Shown here piece by piece: positions 27,852-37,296 of a stretch of 64,000 nucleotides of DNA. The stretch spans positions 6,540-70,539 of the forward strand of contig CAYQDR010000006.1 in assembly GCA_964416315.1 (NCBI GenBank), read 5' to 3'. A model generated the notes under the pieces. That model was not told the origin of the DNA. It made no database searches and saw only the letters and a program-made list of their open reading frames with translations. This stretch comes from an uncultured bacterium (GTDB lineage Bacteria; Methylomirabilota; Methylomirabilia; Rokubacteriales; DASRDR01). Made by a program: the position numbers and the translations under genes. The first letter of the stretch is position 1; every line of letters begins with the position of its first letter.

Positions 27852-28917
27852 CCTCTGCGGGCAGGAGGTAGAGGCCGTGATCGAGGAAGACGAGGCCGAC
27901 CGGGCTCCCTTCGGGCAGGAGGTCCCCCTTCGGGTCCGGCTGCACGATCGTGACGAGGCCCGCGTCCGTCTCGATGCCGTACTCGGCGCCCGCGCCGACG
28001 TAGAACGCGGTCGCGACGCGGCCCCGGAGCCCGCTCCCGTCCCGCTCGAGCCGGACCGCCTCCGGCCGCGCCATCAGCGTCACCGCCCCCGTGGCGACGC
28101 CTTCCTGGCTGAACGCGAAGGCGTACCCGCCGAGTCGCACACGCCCGGTCTCGTAGACCGCGGGCAGGAGGTTCGCCTCGCCGACGAAGTCCGCCACGAA
28201 CCGGGTCGCGGGCCGCCGGTAGAGCTCGACGGGCGGCCCCACCTGCTCGACGCGCCCCTGGTTCATGACCACGACGGTATCGGACATCGCGAGGGCCTCC
28301 GCCTGGTCGTGGGTGACGTACAGGCTCGTGATCCCGAGCCGGCGCTGGAGGTGGCGGAGCTCCCCGCGGACGCGCTTCCGGAGCTTCGCGTCGAGGTTCG
28401 AGAGCGGCTCGTCGAAGAGGATCACCTCGGGCTCCATGACGATGGCGCGCGCCAGCGCCACACGCTGCTGCTGGCCGCCCGAGAGCTGCCCCGGCTGCCG
28501 CCCCTCGAAGCCCGGGAGCCCGACGAGCGCGAGCGCCCCCTCGACGCGCCGCCGGATCTCGGCCGCGGGGCGCCGCGAGACGCGGAGCCCGTACGCCACG
28601 TTCTCGAAGACGGAGAGGTGGGGAAACAGCGCGTACGACTGGAACATCATCGTCACGTTGCGACCGCTCGGCGGGAGCCCCGTGACCTCGCGCTCGCCGA
28701 TCCAGATCCGGCCGCTGGTCGGCTGCTCGAGGCCGGCGACGATGCGGAGGGTCGTCGTCTTCCCGCACCCCGACGGCCCGAGCAGGGTGACGAGCGAGCC
28801 CGGCGGGACGGTGAGGGTCACCTCCTCGAGCGCCGCGATCCCCCCGAAGCGCTTGGCGACGCGCTCCAGGCGGACCGGCACCCCCGCGTGGCTCGTGCCG
28901 ATGGCCGCCTCGCTCAC
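27838..28917 (-). CDS. ABC transporter ATP-binding protein (FbpC/PotA-like, with C-terminal TOBE-like domain)
   Basis: Walker A GPSGCGKTT, signature LSGGQQQRV, Walker B ILFDEP. Confidence 0.85.
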   Translation of the reverse strand: MSEAAIGTSHAGVPVRLERVAKRFGGIAALEEVTLTVPPGSLVTLLGPSGCGKTTTLRIVAGLEQPTSGRIWIGEREVTGLPPSGRNVTMMFQSYALFPHLSVFENVAYGLRVSRRPAAEIRRRVEGALALVGLPGFEGRQPGQLSGGQQQRVALARAIVMEPEVILFDEPLSNLDAKLRKRVRGELRHLQRRLGITSLYVTHDQAEALAMSDTVVVMNQGRVEQVGPPVELYRRPATRFVADFVGEANLLPAVYETGRVRLGGYAFAFSQEGVATGAVTLMARPEAVRLERDGSGLRGRVATAFYVGAGAEYGIETDAGLVTIVQPDPKGDLLPEGSPVGLVFLDHGLYLLPAEATGA

Positions 28918-31148
28918 GCTGCCCCGACCTCCTGCTCCGGCTCCAGCCGAGCCGTGAACAGGTAGAGCGCCGCGATCACCAGGACCAGCGTGACGACTAG
29001 CACCGCCGACAGCGCGGCGCCGCGGCCGATCGTCCCGTACTCGACCCAGGAGAGGATCAGCGCGGTGACGAGGTTGTGGGCCGGGCTCACGAGGAAGATG
29101 ACCTGGCTCACCGCCGTCATGGCGCGGACGAAGGCGAAGACGAGACCCGAGAGGAGCGCCAGGCGCGCCAGCGGTACGACGACCCGACGGAGCGTCGTCC
29201 AGGCGCCGGCGCGCAGCGTGATCGAGGCCTCCTCGAGGGCCACGTCGATCTGGTGCACGGCGGCGATCCCGCTCCGGATCCCCACCGGCATGTTCCGAAA
29301 GACGAACGCGAGGATCAGGATCGTCTCCGTCCCCGTCAGAAACAGCGGCCCCTCGTTGAAGGCGAGGATGTACCCGATCCCCATCACCGTCCCCGGCACG
29401 GCGAAGGAGAGCATGGAGGCGAACTCGAGGGCATCGCGCCCGGGGAACCGCACGCGCGTGACCAGGTACCCGATCAGGAAGCCGAGCGCCGCGGAAGGGA
29501 CGGCGGCGATCGCGGCGAGCAGGACGGTGCCGCGGAAGACCTGCCAGCCGGTCGGCGAGAGGTCGCGGTAGTTCTGCAACGTGACCGTGTTGTCGAACCC
29601 CCAGAGCTTCACGAGGCTCCCGACGAGGATCGAGCCGTAGAGGGCGAGGATCACCGCCGCCCAGAGGCAGAAGACGCCCGCCGCGGCGTAGTCGAACGCG
29701 GCCGGCAGCGGCCGCTGCGAGGCGGCCGTCGGCTTCCCCGTCACCGTCACGTAGGAGCGCCGCCCGACCCAGTACCGCTGCGCCAGGAACACCGAGAACG
29801 TCATCGCGAGGAGGACCACCCCGTAGACGGCGGCCTCGTGCGCGTTGAACCGGCCGATCACGGCGTAGAAGACCTCGGTCGCGAGGAACGGGACGCCGCC
29901 CCCCAAGATGAGCGGGTTGCCGAAGTCGGCCAGGCTCTCGATGACGACGAGGAGCCAGGCGTTCGCGATCCCGGGCCGCGCCAGGGGCCAGATGACCGTG
30001 CGCAGGACGTGCCACCGCGAGGCCCCCAGGACCTCGGCCGCCTCTTCGAGCGTGACGTTGAGCGCGCGAACCACGCCGGTCAGCACGAGGTAGGCGATCG
30101 GGGTGAAGGCCAGAATCTGGGCGGCGGCGACGCCGACCGGGCCGAACACGATGTTCACCGAGAGCCCCAGCAGGTCGTAGGTCACGAAGCCACGGCGCCC
30201 GAAGAGGTAGATCATCGCCAGGCCGAGGATGAACGGCGGCGTGATGATCGGGAGCAGCGTGAGCGGCCGCGCCCACCGGCGGACCGGCAGCCGGCTCCTC
30301 TCCCCGAGGAGGGCGAACGCGAATCCGAACGCGGTCGACAGCGTGCCGACGACGAGCGCCAGGAGCACGCTGTTCCGGAGGGCGCCGATCCCGACGCCCA
30401 GCACGTTGAGGACGAACGCGAGGACGGTCACGCCGGCGGTCCATCCGAGGCGCGCCGGCCAGCTCCCGGCCCAGCCGACGCGTGCCCCGAGGCCGCTCCC
30501 GAAGACGGCGGCCGCCGCGACGAGAGCGGCGAGCGTTCGCCAGGCCACCAACCGCCACTCGCGCTCGGGGGTCGCGGGATTGTCGATCAGGAGGAAGCCG
30601 GGCGAGGCGAAGGTCTGACGGAAGGGGTCGAGCGTGAGCCGCCCCTCGACCACAACGGCCGCCTGGAGCACGGTCGCGAGCGGATAGAGGATGAAGGCGC
30701 AGACGAACGCTGCGAGCCAGAGGATCGCGGTGGCGAGGAAGGCGTCCGTCTGGAGCACGCCGGCCCGGGAGAGCCCGACCCCGAGCACGGCGAGGCAGGC
30801 GAGAATCGCCAGCACCGCGCCCAGGCCGAACGGGTGCCCGCGGGCGATGAGCACCCACAGGGCCACGACGCTCCCGGCCACGCCGAGGCCGACCCAGGCG
30901 AAACCGGCGCGCCGCGCCGGCCACCGGAGGGCGGCGACGATGACGGCGGCGGCTCCCGCAAGGGCGACGATGGCGAGGGATCGGGCACCGCCGGGCGCCG
31001 CCACGAGCCGCCAGCCGGCCGCCTCCCAGGGCCACACGAGGATCTCCCGCCCCGGCCGGCTCCACGGCCCCAAGAGCGCGGCCCCCGCCGCCAGGGCGCC
31101 CCACGCGCCGACGGCCCACTCGACCCGCTGGAGCGTGGCGGAGCTCAT
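28914..31148 (-). CDS. ABC transporter permease, fused two-domain type (FbpB-like, 744 aa)
   Basis: long polytopic membrane protein with two permease-like halves; GTGA overlap with ATPase gene. Confidence 0.8.
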   Translation of the reverse strand: MSSATLQRVEWAVGAWGALAAGAALLGPWSRPGREILVWPWEAAGWRLVAAPGGARSLAIVALAGAAAVIVAALRWPARRAGFAWVGLGVAGSVVALWVLIARGHPFGLGAVLAILACLAVLGVGLSRAGVLQTDAFLATAILWLAAFVCAFILYPLATVLQAAVVVEGRLTLDPFRQTFASPGFLLIDNPATPEREWRLVAWRTLAALVAAAAVFGSGLGARVGWAGSWPARLGWTAGVTVLAFVLNVLGVGIGALRNSVLLALVVGTLSTAFGFAFALLGERSRLPVRRWARPLTLLPIITPPFILGLAMIYLFGRRGFVTYDLLGLSVNIVFGPVGVAAAQILAFTPIAYLVLTGVVRALNVTLEEAAEVLGASRWHVLRTVIWPLARPGIANAWLLVVIESLADFGNPLILGGGVPFLATEVFYAVIGRFNAHEAAVYGVVLLAMTFSVFLAQRYWVGRRSYVTVTGKPTAASQRPLPAAFDYAAAGVFCLWAAVILALYGSILVGSLVKLWGFDNTVTLQNYRDLSPTGWQVFRGTVLLAAIAAVPSAALGFLIGYLVTRVRFPGRDALEFASMLSFAVPGTVMGIGYILAFNEGPLFLTGTETILILAFVFRNMPVGIRSGIAAVHQIDVALEEASITLRAGAWTTLRRVVVPLARLALLSGLVFAFVRAMTAVSQVIFLVSPAHNLVTALILSWVEYGTIGRGAALSAVLVVTLVLVIAALYLFTARLEPEQEVGAA

Positions 31149-31200
31149 CGTCGACGCCCGCCCCCCGCTCCCCCGACGAGGGAGCGGGGGGCGCGCACGC

Positions 31201-32223
31201 CTACTTGGGCTGCGGGAAGACTTCCGTCGTCCACTTCTTCACGACCCCGTCGCGCACCGCTTTGGACCCGTACTTGGCGAAGTCGTAGTTGATCACCTTG
31301 TAGTCCTCGAACCGCGGGGCCTGCTTGGGCACCGGCGTCTTCGCGTTCGAGGGGACCTGGTAGGACTGCCCGCGCTCCGCGGCCAGCCGCTGCGCCTCCG
31401 GTGCCAGCGCCCAGTCGATGAACCGCGTCGCCGCGTCGCGGTTCGGGCTCGCCTTGACGAGCGACAGCCCGCCGATCTCGTAGCCCATCCCGTCCTCCGC
31501 GCCGCCGTACGTGATCGGGAACCCCTTGATGACCTGGTCCACGGCGTCGTGCATGAACGTGATGCCGAGCGCGACTTCACCGCGGCCCGCGAGCAGCCCG
31601 GGATCGGCACCGCTCCGCGTGTATTGCGCCATGTTCTTGTGGATCTGCTTCACCAGCGCCCAGCCCCTGTCGTCGCCGTAGACCTGCAGCACGGTCGCCA
31701 GCGTCGTGTACCCGGTGCCCGACGTGTTCGGGTTCGGCATGGCGAGCAGGCCCTTGTACTTCGCATCCGCCAGATCGGTCCACCTCTTCGGGAGCGCCAG
31801 CCCCTTCTCCTTGAAGAGCTTGTCGTTGATCGCCCACCCGAGCACCCCGGCATAGAGCGGGATGTACTTGCCGCCGACGGCCTCGCGGAGCTGGGCACGG
31901 AGGTCGTCCCACGCTTTGGGTTTGTAGAACTCCGTCAGCCCCTCTTCGAACGCGACGACGTGAGGATCCCCCGTACCCCCGAACCAGACGTCGAACGAGG
32001 GCCTCCCCTTCTCCGCCCGGAGCCGTGCCAGGGCCTCGCCCGACGACAGGCGGATGAAGTCGAGCTGGGTCCCGGTCCCCTTCGGGAACTCGGCCTTGAT
32101 GGCATCGCACCACGCGGGGTTCGGGCTACAGAGGACCGTCACCTTCTGCTGGGCCGACGCGGAGCCGGCGATCCCGAGCAGGCTGACGGCAGCGACGATC
32201 AGGAGCGCGAGTGCCTGTCCCAT
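31201..32223 (-). CDS. ABC transporter periplasmic substrate-binding protein (Fe3+/family-1 solute-binding)
   Basis: signal peptide MGQALALLIVAAVSLLGIAGSASA; GGAGG SD; solute-binding-like sequence. Confidence 0.8.
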   Translation of the reverse strand: MGQALALLIVAAVSLLGIAGSASAQQKVTVLCSPNPAWCDAIKAEFPKGTGTQLDFIRLSSGEALARLRAEKGRPSFDVWFGGTGDPHVVAFEEGLTEFYKPKAWDDLRAQLREAVGGKYIPLYAGVLGWAINDKLFKEKGLALPKRWTDLADAKYKGLLAMPNPNTSGTGYTTLATVLQVYGDDRGWALVKQIHKNMAQYTRSGADPGLLAGRGEVALGITFMHDAVDQVIKGFPITYGGAEDGMGYEIGGLSLVKASPNRDAATRFIDWALAPEAQRLAAERGQSYQVPSNAKTPVPKQAPRFEDYKVINYDFAKYGSKAVRDGVVKKWTTEVFPQPK

Positions 32224-32249
32224 GCGGAGCCTCCTCTGTCCAGCGTGTG

Positions 32250-33287
32250 TCATGCGGCGTAGACCTGCAGCTTGGCGGTCGGGACGCGAACGGTGATCGG
32301 GCCCGGCTCGAGGGCCTCCGAAGCGTCGACCATCACCGCCTCCCCCTCGACGCGCACGTAGTGCCGGTAGATCGCACCGAGAAACAGCCGCTCCTCCAGG
32401 GTACCGCGGAGGACGGCCTCCCCGGAACCCGGTGACGCGTTCCCGGGGGCGAGCACGGCGTCGGTCGCCTTGAACACGACCGTCGCAGAACCCCGGACCG
32501 CCCCAGGATAGGGCAGCCGCTGTTCGCCGATGGCCAGGATCCCCGCCGCCGCCGTCGCCCGGAGCTGGTTCGAGACCCCGAGGAACTCCGCCGCGAACGC
32601 GCTCTCGGGGCGGTGGTAGATCGCCTGCGGCGTCCCCACCTGCACGACGCAGCCGGCGTTCATGAGGACCACGGTGTCGGCGATGGCGAGCGCCTCCTCC
32701 TGGTCGTGGGTCACGTAGATCGCGGTGATCCCGACCGCCTTCTGGAGGCGCCGCACCTCCACCCGGAGGCGCTGGCGCACCTTGGCGTCCAGGTTCGACA
32801 GCGGCTCGTCCAGGAGCAGCACCCGCGGCTCCACCACGAGGGCGCGCGCGACGGCGACCCGCTGCTGCTGGCCGCCCGACAGCTCGGCCGGCTTCCGCCG
32901 CATGACGCCCTCGATGTGCCCGATCTCCACCAGATTCAGGACCTTCTCCACCCGCGCGCGCACCTCGGGCTCCGGGGTCCGCCGGAGGCGGAGCCCGTAC
33001 GCCACGTTGTCGAAGACGGTCATGTGGGGCCAGAGGGCGTAGCTCTGGAAGACCATCGCGGTCCCCCGGGCCTGCGGCGAGAGCCGGGTGACGTCGTCCC
33101 CGCCGAAGAGGATGCGGCCCCCGTCCACCGCGACGAACCCGGCGACGCTCCGGAGCAAAGTCGTCTTCCCGCACCCGCTGGGCCCGAGGATGGCGGTGAG
33201 CCCGCCGCTCGGAAAGGCGATACCGACCCGGTCGAGCGCCGCGACGCGCCCGTACCGCTTGGTCAGCTCCTCGACCCGGACGTCCAT
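32250..33287 (-). CDS. ABC transporter ATP-binding protein (PotA-like)
   Basis: GPSGCGKTT, LSGGQQQRV, LLLDEP motifs. Confidence 0.85.
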   Translation of the reverse strand: MDVRVEELTKRYGRVAALDRVGIAFPSGGLTAILGPSGCGKTTLLRSVAGFVAVDGGRILFGGDDVTRLSPQARGTAMVFQSYALWPHMTVFDNVAYGLRLRRTPEPEVRARVEKVLNLVEIGHIEGVMRRKPAELSGGQQQRVAVARALVVEPRVLLLDEPLSNLDAKVRQRLRVEVRRLQKAVGITAIYVTHDQEEALAIADTVVLMNAGCVVQVGTPQAIYHRPESAFAAEFLGVSNQLRATAAAGILAIGEQRLPYPGAVRGSATVVFKATDAVLAPGNASPGSGEAVLRGTLEERLFLGAIYRHYVRVEGEAVMVDASEALEPGPITVRVPTAKLQVYAA

Positions 33288-33290
33288 GGA

Positions 33291-34115
33291 TCAGAGACGG
33301 CCGAACATGGAGAGGTACTCGGCCTTCATGAAGCGCTCGAGGGCCACCAGCAGCAGGATCCCCGGCAGCATGAGGATCAGCGCCGCGATCGAGGCGACCT
33401 GCAGCTCGTAGCCGACCGACGTGCGGTACATGTACACGGGCAGCGTCAGCACGAACGGGCTCCCGACCAGCAGCGTGCCCGTGAACTCGTCCAGGGAGTA
33501 GAGGAAGACCAGCAGGGTGCTGGCGATGATCCCGGGCGTCGCGAGGGGGAGCGCCACGGTGAAGAAGGTCCGCACCCGTGAGGCGCCCAGGTTCATCGCG
33601 GCCTCCTCCAGGCTCTCCGGGATCGACTTGAACACGGCGGTCATCGTCCACACCGCGTAGACCAGCGCCCCGACCAGGTGGATCAGGACGACGCCGCTCA
33701 CGGTGGCGGCGAGGTTCACCCGGTACAGCAGCGTTGTCGCGTTCACGAAGACGGGAAGCTGCGGGAAGGCGTGCGGCAGGAGGAAGACCATCAGGATGAC
33801 CGCCTTGAGCGGGACCGGGTAGCGCGCGAGGAGGTACGCCAGCGGCACCGTCAGGACCAGCGTCAGGGCGGTGACGATCACCGCTATGAGGAAGCCCGAG
33901 TGGAGCGCCCGGAAGAGGTCGCCCTCCAGCACCTTCCGCCAGTAGAAGAACCCCATCTCCTGCGGGAAGGGGTGCGGCCAGAACCACTTGTGGGTGAACG
34001 ACCAGATGACCAGGCTCGAGAGCGGGGCGAAGATGATGAACGCGACCACCACGCCCCCGCACAGCCGGAGGCTCGCGCGCCGGAGGTCGCGCGTGGCGAC
34101 CGGCTCCACCCTCAC
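33291..34115 (-). CDS. ABC transporter permease (PotC-like)
   Basis: 6-TM permease with EAA-like loop region. Confidence 0.8.
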   Translation of the reverse strand: MRVEPVATRDLRRASLRLCGGVVVAFIIFAPLSSLVIWSFTHKWFWPHPFPQEMGFFYWRKVLEGDLFRALHSGFLIAVIVTALTLVLTVPLAYLLARYPVPLKAVILMVFLLPHAFPQLPVFVNATTLLYRVNLAATVSGVVLIHLVGALVYAVWTMTAVFKSIPESLEEAAMNLGASRVRTFFTVALPLATPGIIASTLLVFLYSLDEFTGTLLVGSPFVLTLPVYMYRTSVGYELQVASIAALILMLPGILLLVALERFMKAEYLSMFGRL

Positions 34116-34208
34116 CCGCGTACCCTCCGTAGAAACTCGCCTGGCAGCAACGGCATCGGAACCGGGCCGAGACCCGAGCAGATCAAGGACGCAGGCCCGA
34201 GGGGCGCC

Positions 34209-34234
34209 GAGGCGTATGCCGCATACGTTGAGGC
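34209..34234. repeat. 26-bp palindromic motif GAGGCGTATGCCGCATACGTTGAGGC (second copy at 54599-54624)
   Basis: exact duplicate in two minus-strand intergenic regions. Confidence 0.6.
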
Positions 34235-34287
34235 GCTCCGAGGGCCGAGGACGCCGAGATGCGACGGGGATCGGGCCGGGCCTCTCA

Positions 34288-35112
34288 TCAGGAGTCCTTC
34301 CCCGTGATCGTCCGGAGGTAGTAGCCGGCCACCCCCATCGCCAGGAGGTACGAAACCATGCCGAGGGCGTTGGCCGTCCCCAGGTCGTCCTGGTAGTTGA
34401 TCCGGTAGTAGACGTCCACCATGAGCATCTGCGGCGCCTCCCCGCTGCCGATCATCAGGGGGATCGAGAACGACGCCAGCATGGACGTGAACATGAAGGC
34501 CGAGGCGACGACGACGGAGGGGGCGGCCATGGGGAGGAGGATGTCCTTGATCTGGCGGAAGGTGGAGGCGCCGACGTTCCGCGCCGCCTCCAGGTACGCC
34601 TCGTCCACGGCGCGGTAGGCCCCGAGTACCAGCAGGACCGCGAGGGCGAGGTTCTTCCAGACGAGGGAGACCACGATCCCGGCCCAGGTGAAGGCGATGG
34701 AGGGGGGATCGGCCAGGTTGATCAGCCCGACCTGGGCGAGCGCGGAGTTCAGGGTGCCCCGCGGGGCCAGGAGCACGCGCATCCCGTGCCCGACGACGAC
34801 GAACGGCACGAAGAGCGGGATCTTGAAGAGGAACTCCACCGGTCGGTGCCCCACGATCCGGAGAAACCCGCAGAGCAGCACGGCGATGCCGATGACGAGG
34901 ACCAGGCTGACGAGCGAGATCCCGAGGGTGTAGAGGACGTCGAACTTGTAGAGCCGCCAGACGAGGTAGTAGTTGCGGAGGGACCACTGACCCTCGCGGA
35001 GGAACGAGAGGTGCGCCGAGGAGAGGAACGGGATGAAGAACAGCCACACGACGATGCCGAGGGGCGGCGCCGCGATCGCCAGGCTGGCGAGCCGGAGGGA
35101 CGGTCGCATCAA
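34288..35112 (-). CDS. ABC transporter permease (PotB-like)
   Basis: 6-TM permease. Confidence 0.8.
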   Translation of the reverse strand: MMRPSLRLASLAIAAPPLGIVVWLFFIPFLSSAHLSFLREGQWSLRNYYLVWRLYKFDVLYTLGISLVSLVLVIGIAVLLCGFLRIVGHRPVEFLFKIPLFVPFVVVGHGMRVLLAPRGTLNSALAQVGLINLADPPSIAFTWAGIVVSLVWKNLALAVLLVLGAYRAVDEAYLEAARNVGASTFRQIKDILLPMAAPSVVVASAFMFTSMLASFSIPLMIGSGEAPQMLMVDVYYRINYQDDLGTANALGMVSYLLAMGVAGYYLRTITGKDS

Positions 35113-35210
35113 GAATTCCCTCTCCCCCGAGGGGGAGAGGGCCAGGGTGAGGGGGACGTCCGGACCCTCACCCCGACCCTCTCCCTGTCAGGGAGAGGGA
35201 GGGGGGTCGG
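35113..35210. repeat. cluster of three REP-like hairpins (family B: CCCTCTCCC-N-GGGAGAGGG twice, plus GGGTGAGGG-N11-CCCTCACCC) between binding-protein gene and permease gene
   Basis: read directly; third unit near-identical to 21392-21426. Confidence 0.6.
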
Positions 35211-35216
35211 CGGCGC

Positions 35217-36362
35217 TCAGTTTTCCTCGTAGGCCGTCAACAGGTCCTTGAAGTACGGGCTCAGCGGGAACGACAGTCCGTGCTTCCCGAGGGCGTCCGG
35301 CGGCACGTCCTGGAATAGCAGCGCCTTGGCCTTCTCCGAGACGTGCGGCAGGACGTGCTGCCCGTCGATCCCCGGGTACCAGCCGTTCCGCTCCACGATC
35401 ACCTTCGCCTGGATCTCCGGGGAGGTGATGAACTCGACGTACTTCTTGGCGACGTCGTAGTTGGCCGCCTTGGAGGGCACGATCAGGTACATCGGCTGGC
35501 CGGGGAAGCCCGGGGAGATCAGCTTCATCCGGATCTTGGGGTCCATCCGGCCCTGGTTCTTCAGGTCGATGAGCATGTCCACCCACACCGGGCCCATCGC
35601 GATCTCGCCCCGGTTGAGGCGGTCCAGGGTGTCGTTGTTCCCGGTCGTCAGCGTGACCGGCAAGCTCTTGAGCTCCTTGATCGCGGCGGCCCAGCCGGCC
35701 TGCGCGGCCTTGTCGTACGGGCCCTTCGCGTACCGGTCGTACTGGCCGGTCTTCCAGTAGACCCAGCCCGTCGTGAAGGCGACGCCGCTCATCCCGCCCT
35801 TGATCCCGTTGTAGCCGAACTTCTTCGGGTTGGCCTTGATCCACGCCACCAGCTCCTCGAAGGTGCCGGGCGGGCTCTTGACCATCTCGGGGTTGTACGC
35901 GATGACGACCTGGCTGTGGAACATCGGCATCACGTACCCCTCGACGTTGAAGCCGAGGGCGTTCTTGCCGTCCGCCGCCGTCATGAGCTTGAAGGTCCCG
36001 ATCTCCGGGCCGTACCTGGCCACGAGGCCCTGCTGGACCAGCTCGGGCATCACGATCTGGTGGACGATGGCCACGTCCACGTCCCACTTCGCGACGTTCG
36101 CGTCCTTCTGGCTCTTGAGCTTGTTCACGATCACGCGGCTTCCTGGCTCGCCCGGGCCGCTCCCCACGGCGTTCACCTTGACGCCCGGGTTCCGTTTCTC
36201 GAACTCCGGCCCGAAGATGGTCCGCTGGAGGTCGTGCATGTTGGTGTCCCCGGCCGTCACCACGTTCAGGGTGACCTGCTGGCCGGCGCCTGGCCCCGCC
36301 CAGGCGAGCAGCATCACCACCAGGAGCCCGACCATCGTCCACGCGGAGAAATGCGTCCTCAT
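35217..36362 (-). CDS. ABC transporter substrate-binding protein (PotD/PotF-like polyamine type)
   Basis: signal peptide MRTHFSAWTMVGLLVVMLLAWA; AGGAGG SD; ATG 36362. Confidence 0.8.
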   Translation of the reverse strand: MRTHFSAWTMVGLLVVMLLAWAGPGAGQQVTLNVVTAGDTNMHDLQRTIFGPEFEKRNPGVKVNAVGSGPGEPGSRVIVNKLKSQKDANVAKWDVDVAIVHQIVMPELVQQGLVARYGPEIGTFKLMTAADGKNALGFNVEGYVMPMFHSQVVIAYNPEMVKSPPGTFEELVAWIKANPKKFGYNGIKGGMSGVAFTTGWVYWKTGQYDRYAKGPYDKAAQAGWAAAIKELKSLPVTLTTGNNDTLDRLNRGEIAMGPVWVDMLIDLKNQGRMDPKIRMKLISPGFPGQPMYLIVPSKAANYDVAKKYVEFITSPEIQAKVIVERNGWYPGIDGQHVLPHVSEKAKALLFQDVPPDALGKHGLSFPLSPYFKDLLTAYEEN

Positions 36363-36418
36363 GGGGTCCTCCTTGAAGTCAGCGGGAGTGGCCACGACTC
36401 GACATTCGGGCGCCCCAC

Positions 36419-36447
36419 ACTCTATGACACCCGGCGGGGGTAATCAA
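36419..36447 (-). promoter_or_regulatory. putative promoter TTGATT-17-TAGAGT for the pot-like operon
   Basis: read on minus strand ~50 nt upstream of binding-protein gene; overlaps 3' end of HAD gene. Confidence 0.4.
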
Positions 36448-37280
36448 GCGGACCCCAGCACGAAGCGCTCGATGACCTCCCGGAAGCCCTCCTCCTCGCT
36501 CGTCCCGCAGACGTGGTCGGCGCGGGCCCGCACGCCCTCGGGCGCGTGCCCCATCGCCACGCCGAGGCCCGCGGCCTCCAGCATCTCCACGTCGTTCCAG
36601 CCGTCGCCGACCGCGATCACCTCGGCGGGCGGGATCCCGAGGGCGTCCAGCATGGCGAGGAGCGCGGTGCCCTTCGTGGTGCCGTGGGGCAGGATCTCGA
36701 GATACGTCGGCTCGGACTGGACGGCGTGGACGGGGACGGCGGCCTCGCGGACCGCGCGGCCGAGGGCCTGCACGCGCTCGGGCGCGCCGATGACGAGCAT
36801 CTTGTGGGGGTCCTCCCGCAAGAGCGCGTCGAAGGCCGGGACGATCTGGTAGCTCAGCCCGTCGTCCGCCGCGTACCTCTCCGTGAGCGGGTGGGCGCGC
36901 TCCACGTAGACCCGGTCGTTCAGGAAGAGGTGGATCTGGACCGCCGGGTCCTGCCGGAGCAGTGCCAGCGCGCGCCGGGCCGCCTCCCCCGGCAATCGGC
37001 GGTCGAGCAGGATCCGGCGTGTCGCGAAGTCGAAGACGCGCCCGCCGTTGTAGAGGATGACCGGCGGGTCCGCGCCGAGCGCCCGGACCCAGCGTTCGGC
37101 GGACGGCCACATCCGCCCGGTGGCCACGCAGACGCGAACGCCGTGCGCTCGGGCCTCGGCGACCGCGCGCCGCACGCCCTCGGTGATCCCCAGGGTACGC
37201 GAGCGCACGGTCCCGTCGAGGTCGGCGACGACCAGGCGATATGGCACGAAAGACGTCCCGCCGGGCGGGACTGCGGGCAC
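36444..37280 (-). CDS. Cof-type HAD-IIB family hydrolase (sugar/inositol phosphatase-like)
   Basis: LVVADLDGT motif I, Cof-like cap, GDGWNDVEML motif IV. Confidence 0.8.
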   Translation of the reverse strand: MPAVPPGGTSFVPYRLVVADLDGTVRSRTLGITEGVRRAVAEARAHGVRVCVATGRMWPSAERWVRALGADPPVILYNGGRVFDFATRRILLDRRLPGEAARRALALLRQDPAVQIHLFLNDRVYVERAHPLTERYAADDGLSYQIVPAFDALLREDPHKMLVIGAPERVQALGRAVREAAVPVHAVQSEPTYLEILPHGTTKGTALLAMLDALGIPPAEVIAVGDGWNDVEMLEAAGLGVAMGHAPEGVRARADHVCGTSEEEGFREVIERFVLGSA

Positions 37281-37296
37281 CGGCGCCCCGCGGGGC

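Noticed and set aside
27838-31119. 1093-aa and 902-aa (37297-40005) minus-strand ORFs reading through several genes
   Set aside because: Only the C-terminal parts are protein-like (ABC ATPase; HpnJ-like radical SAM). The upstream extensions run in the wrong frame through neighbouring genes that have their own overlapping start codons (GTGA/ATGA junctions).
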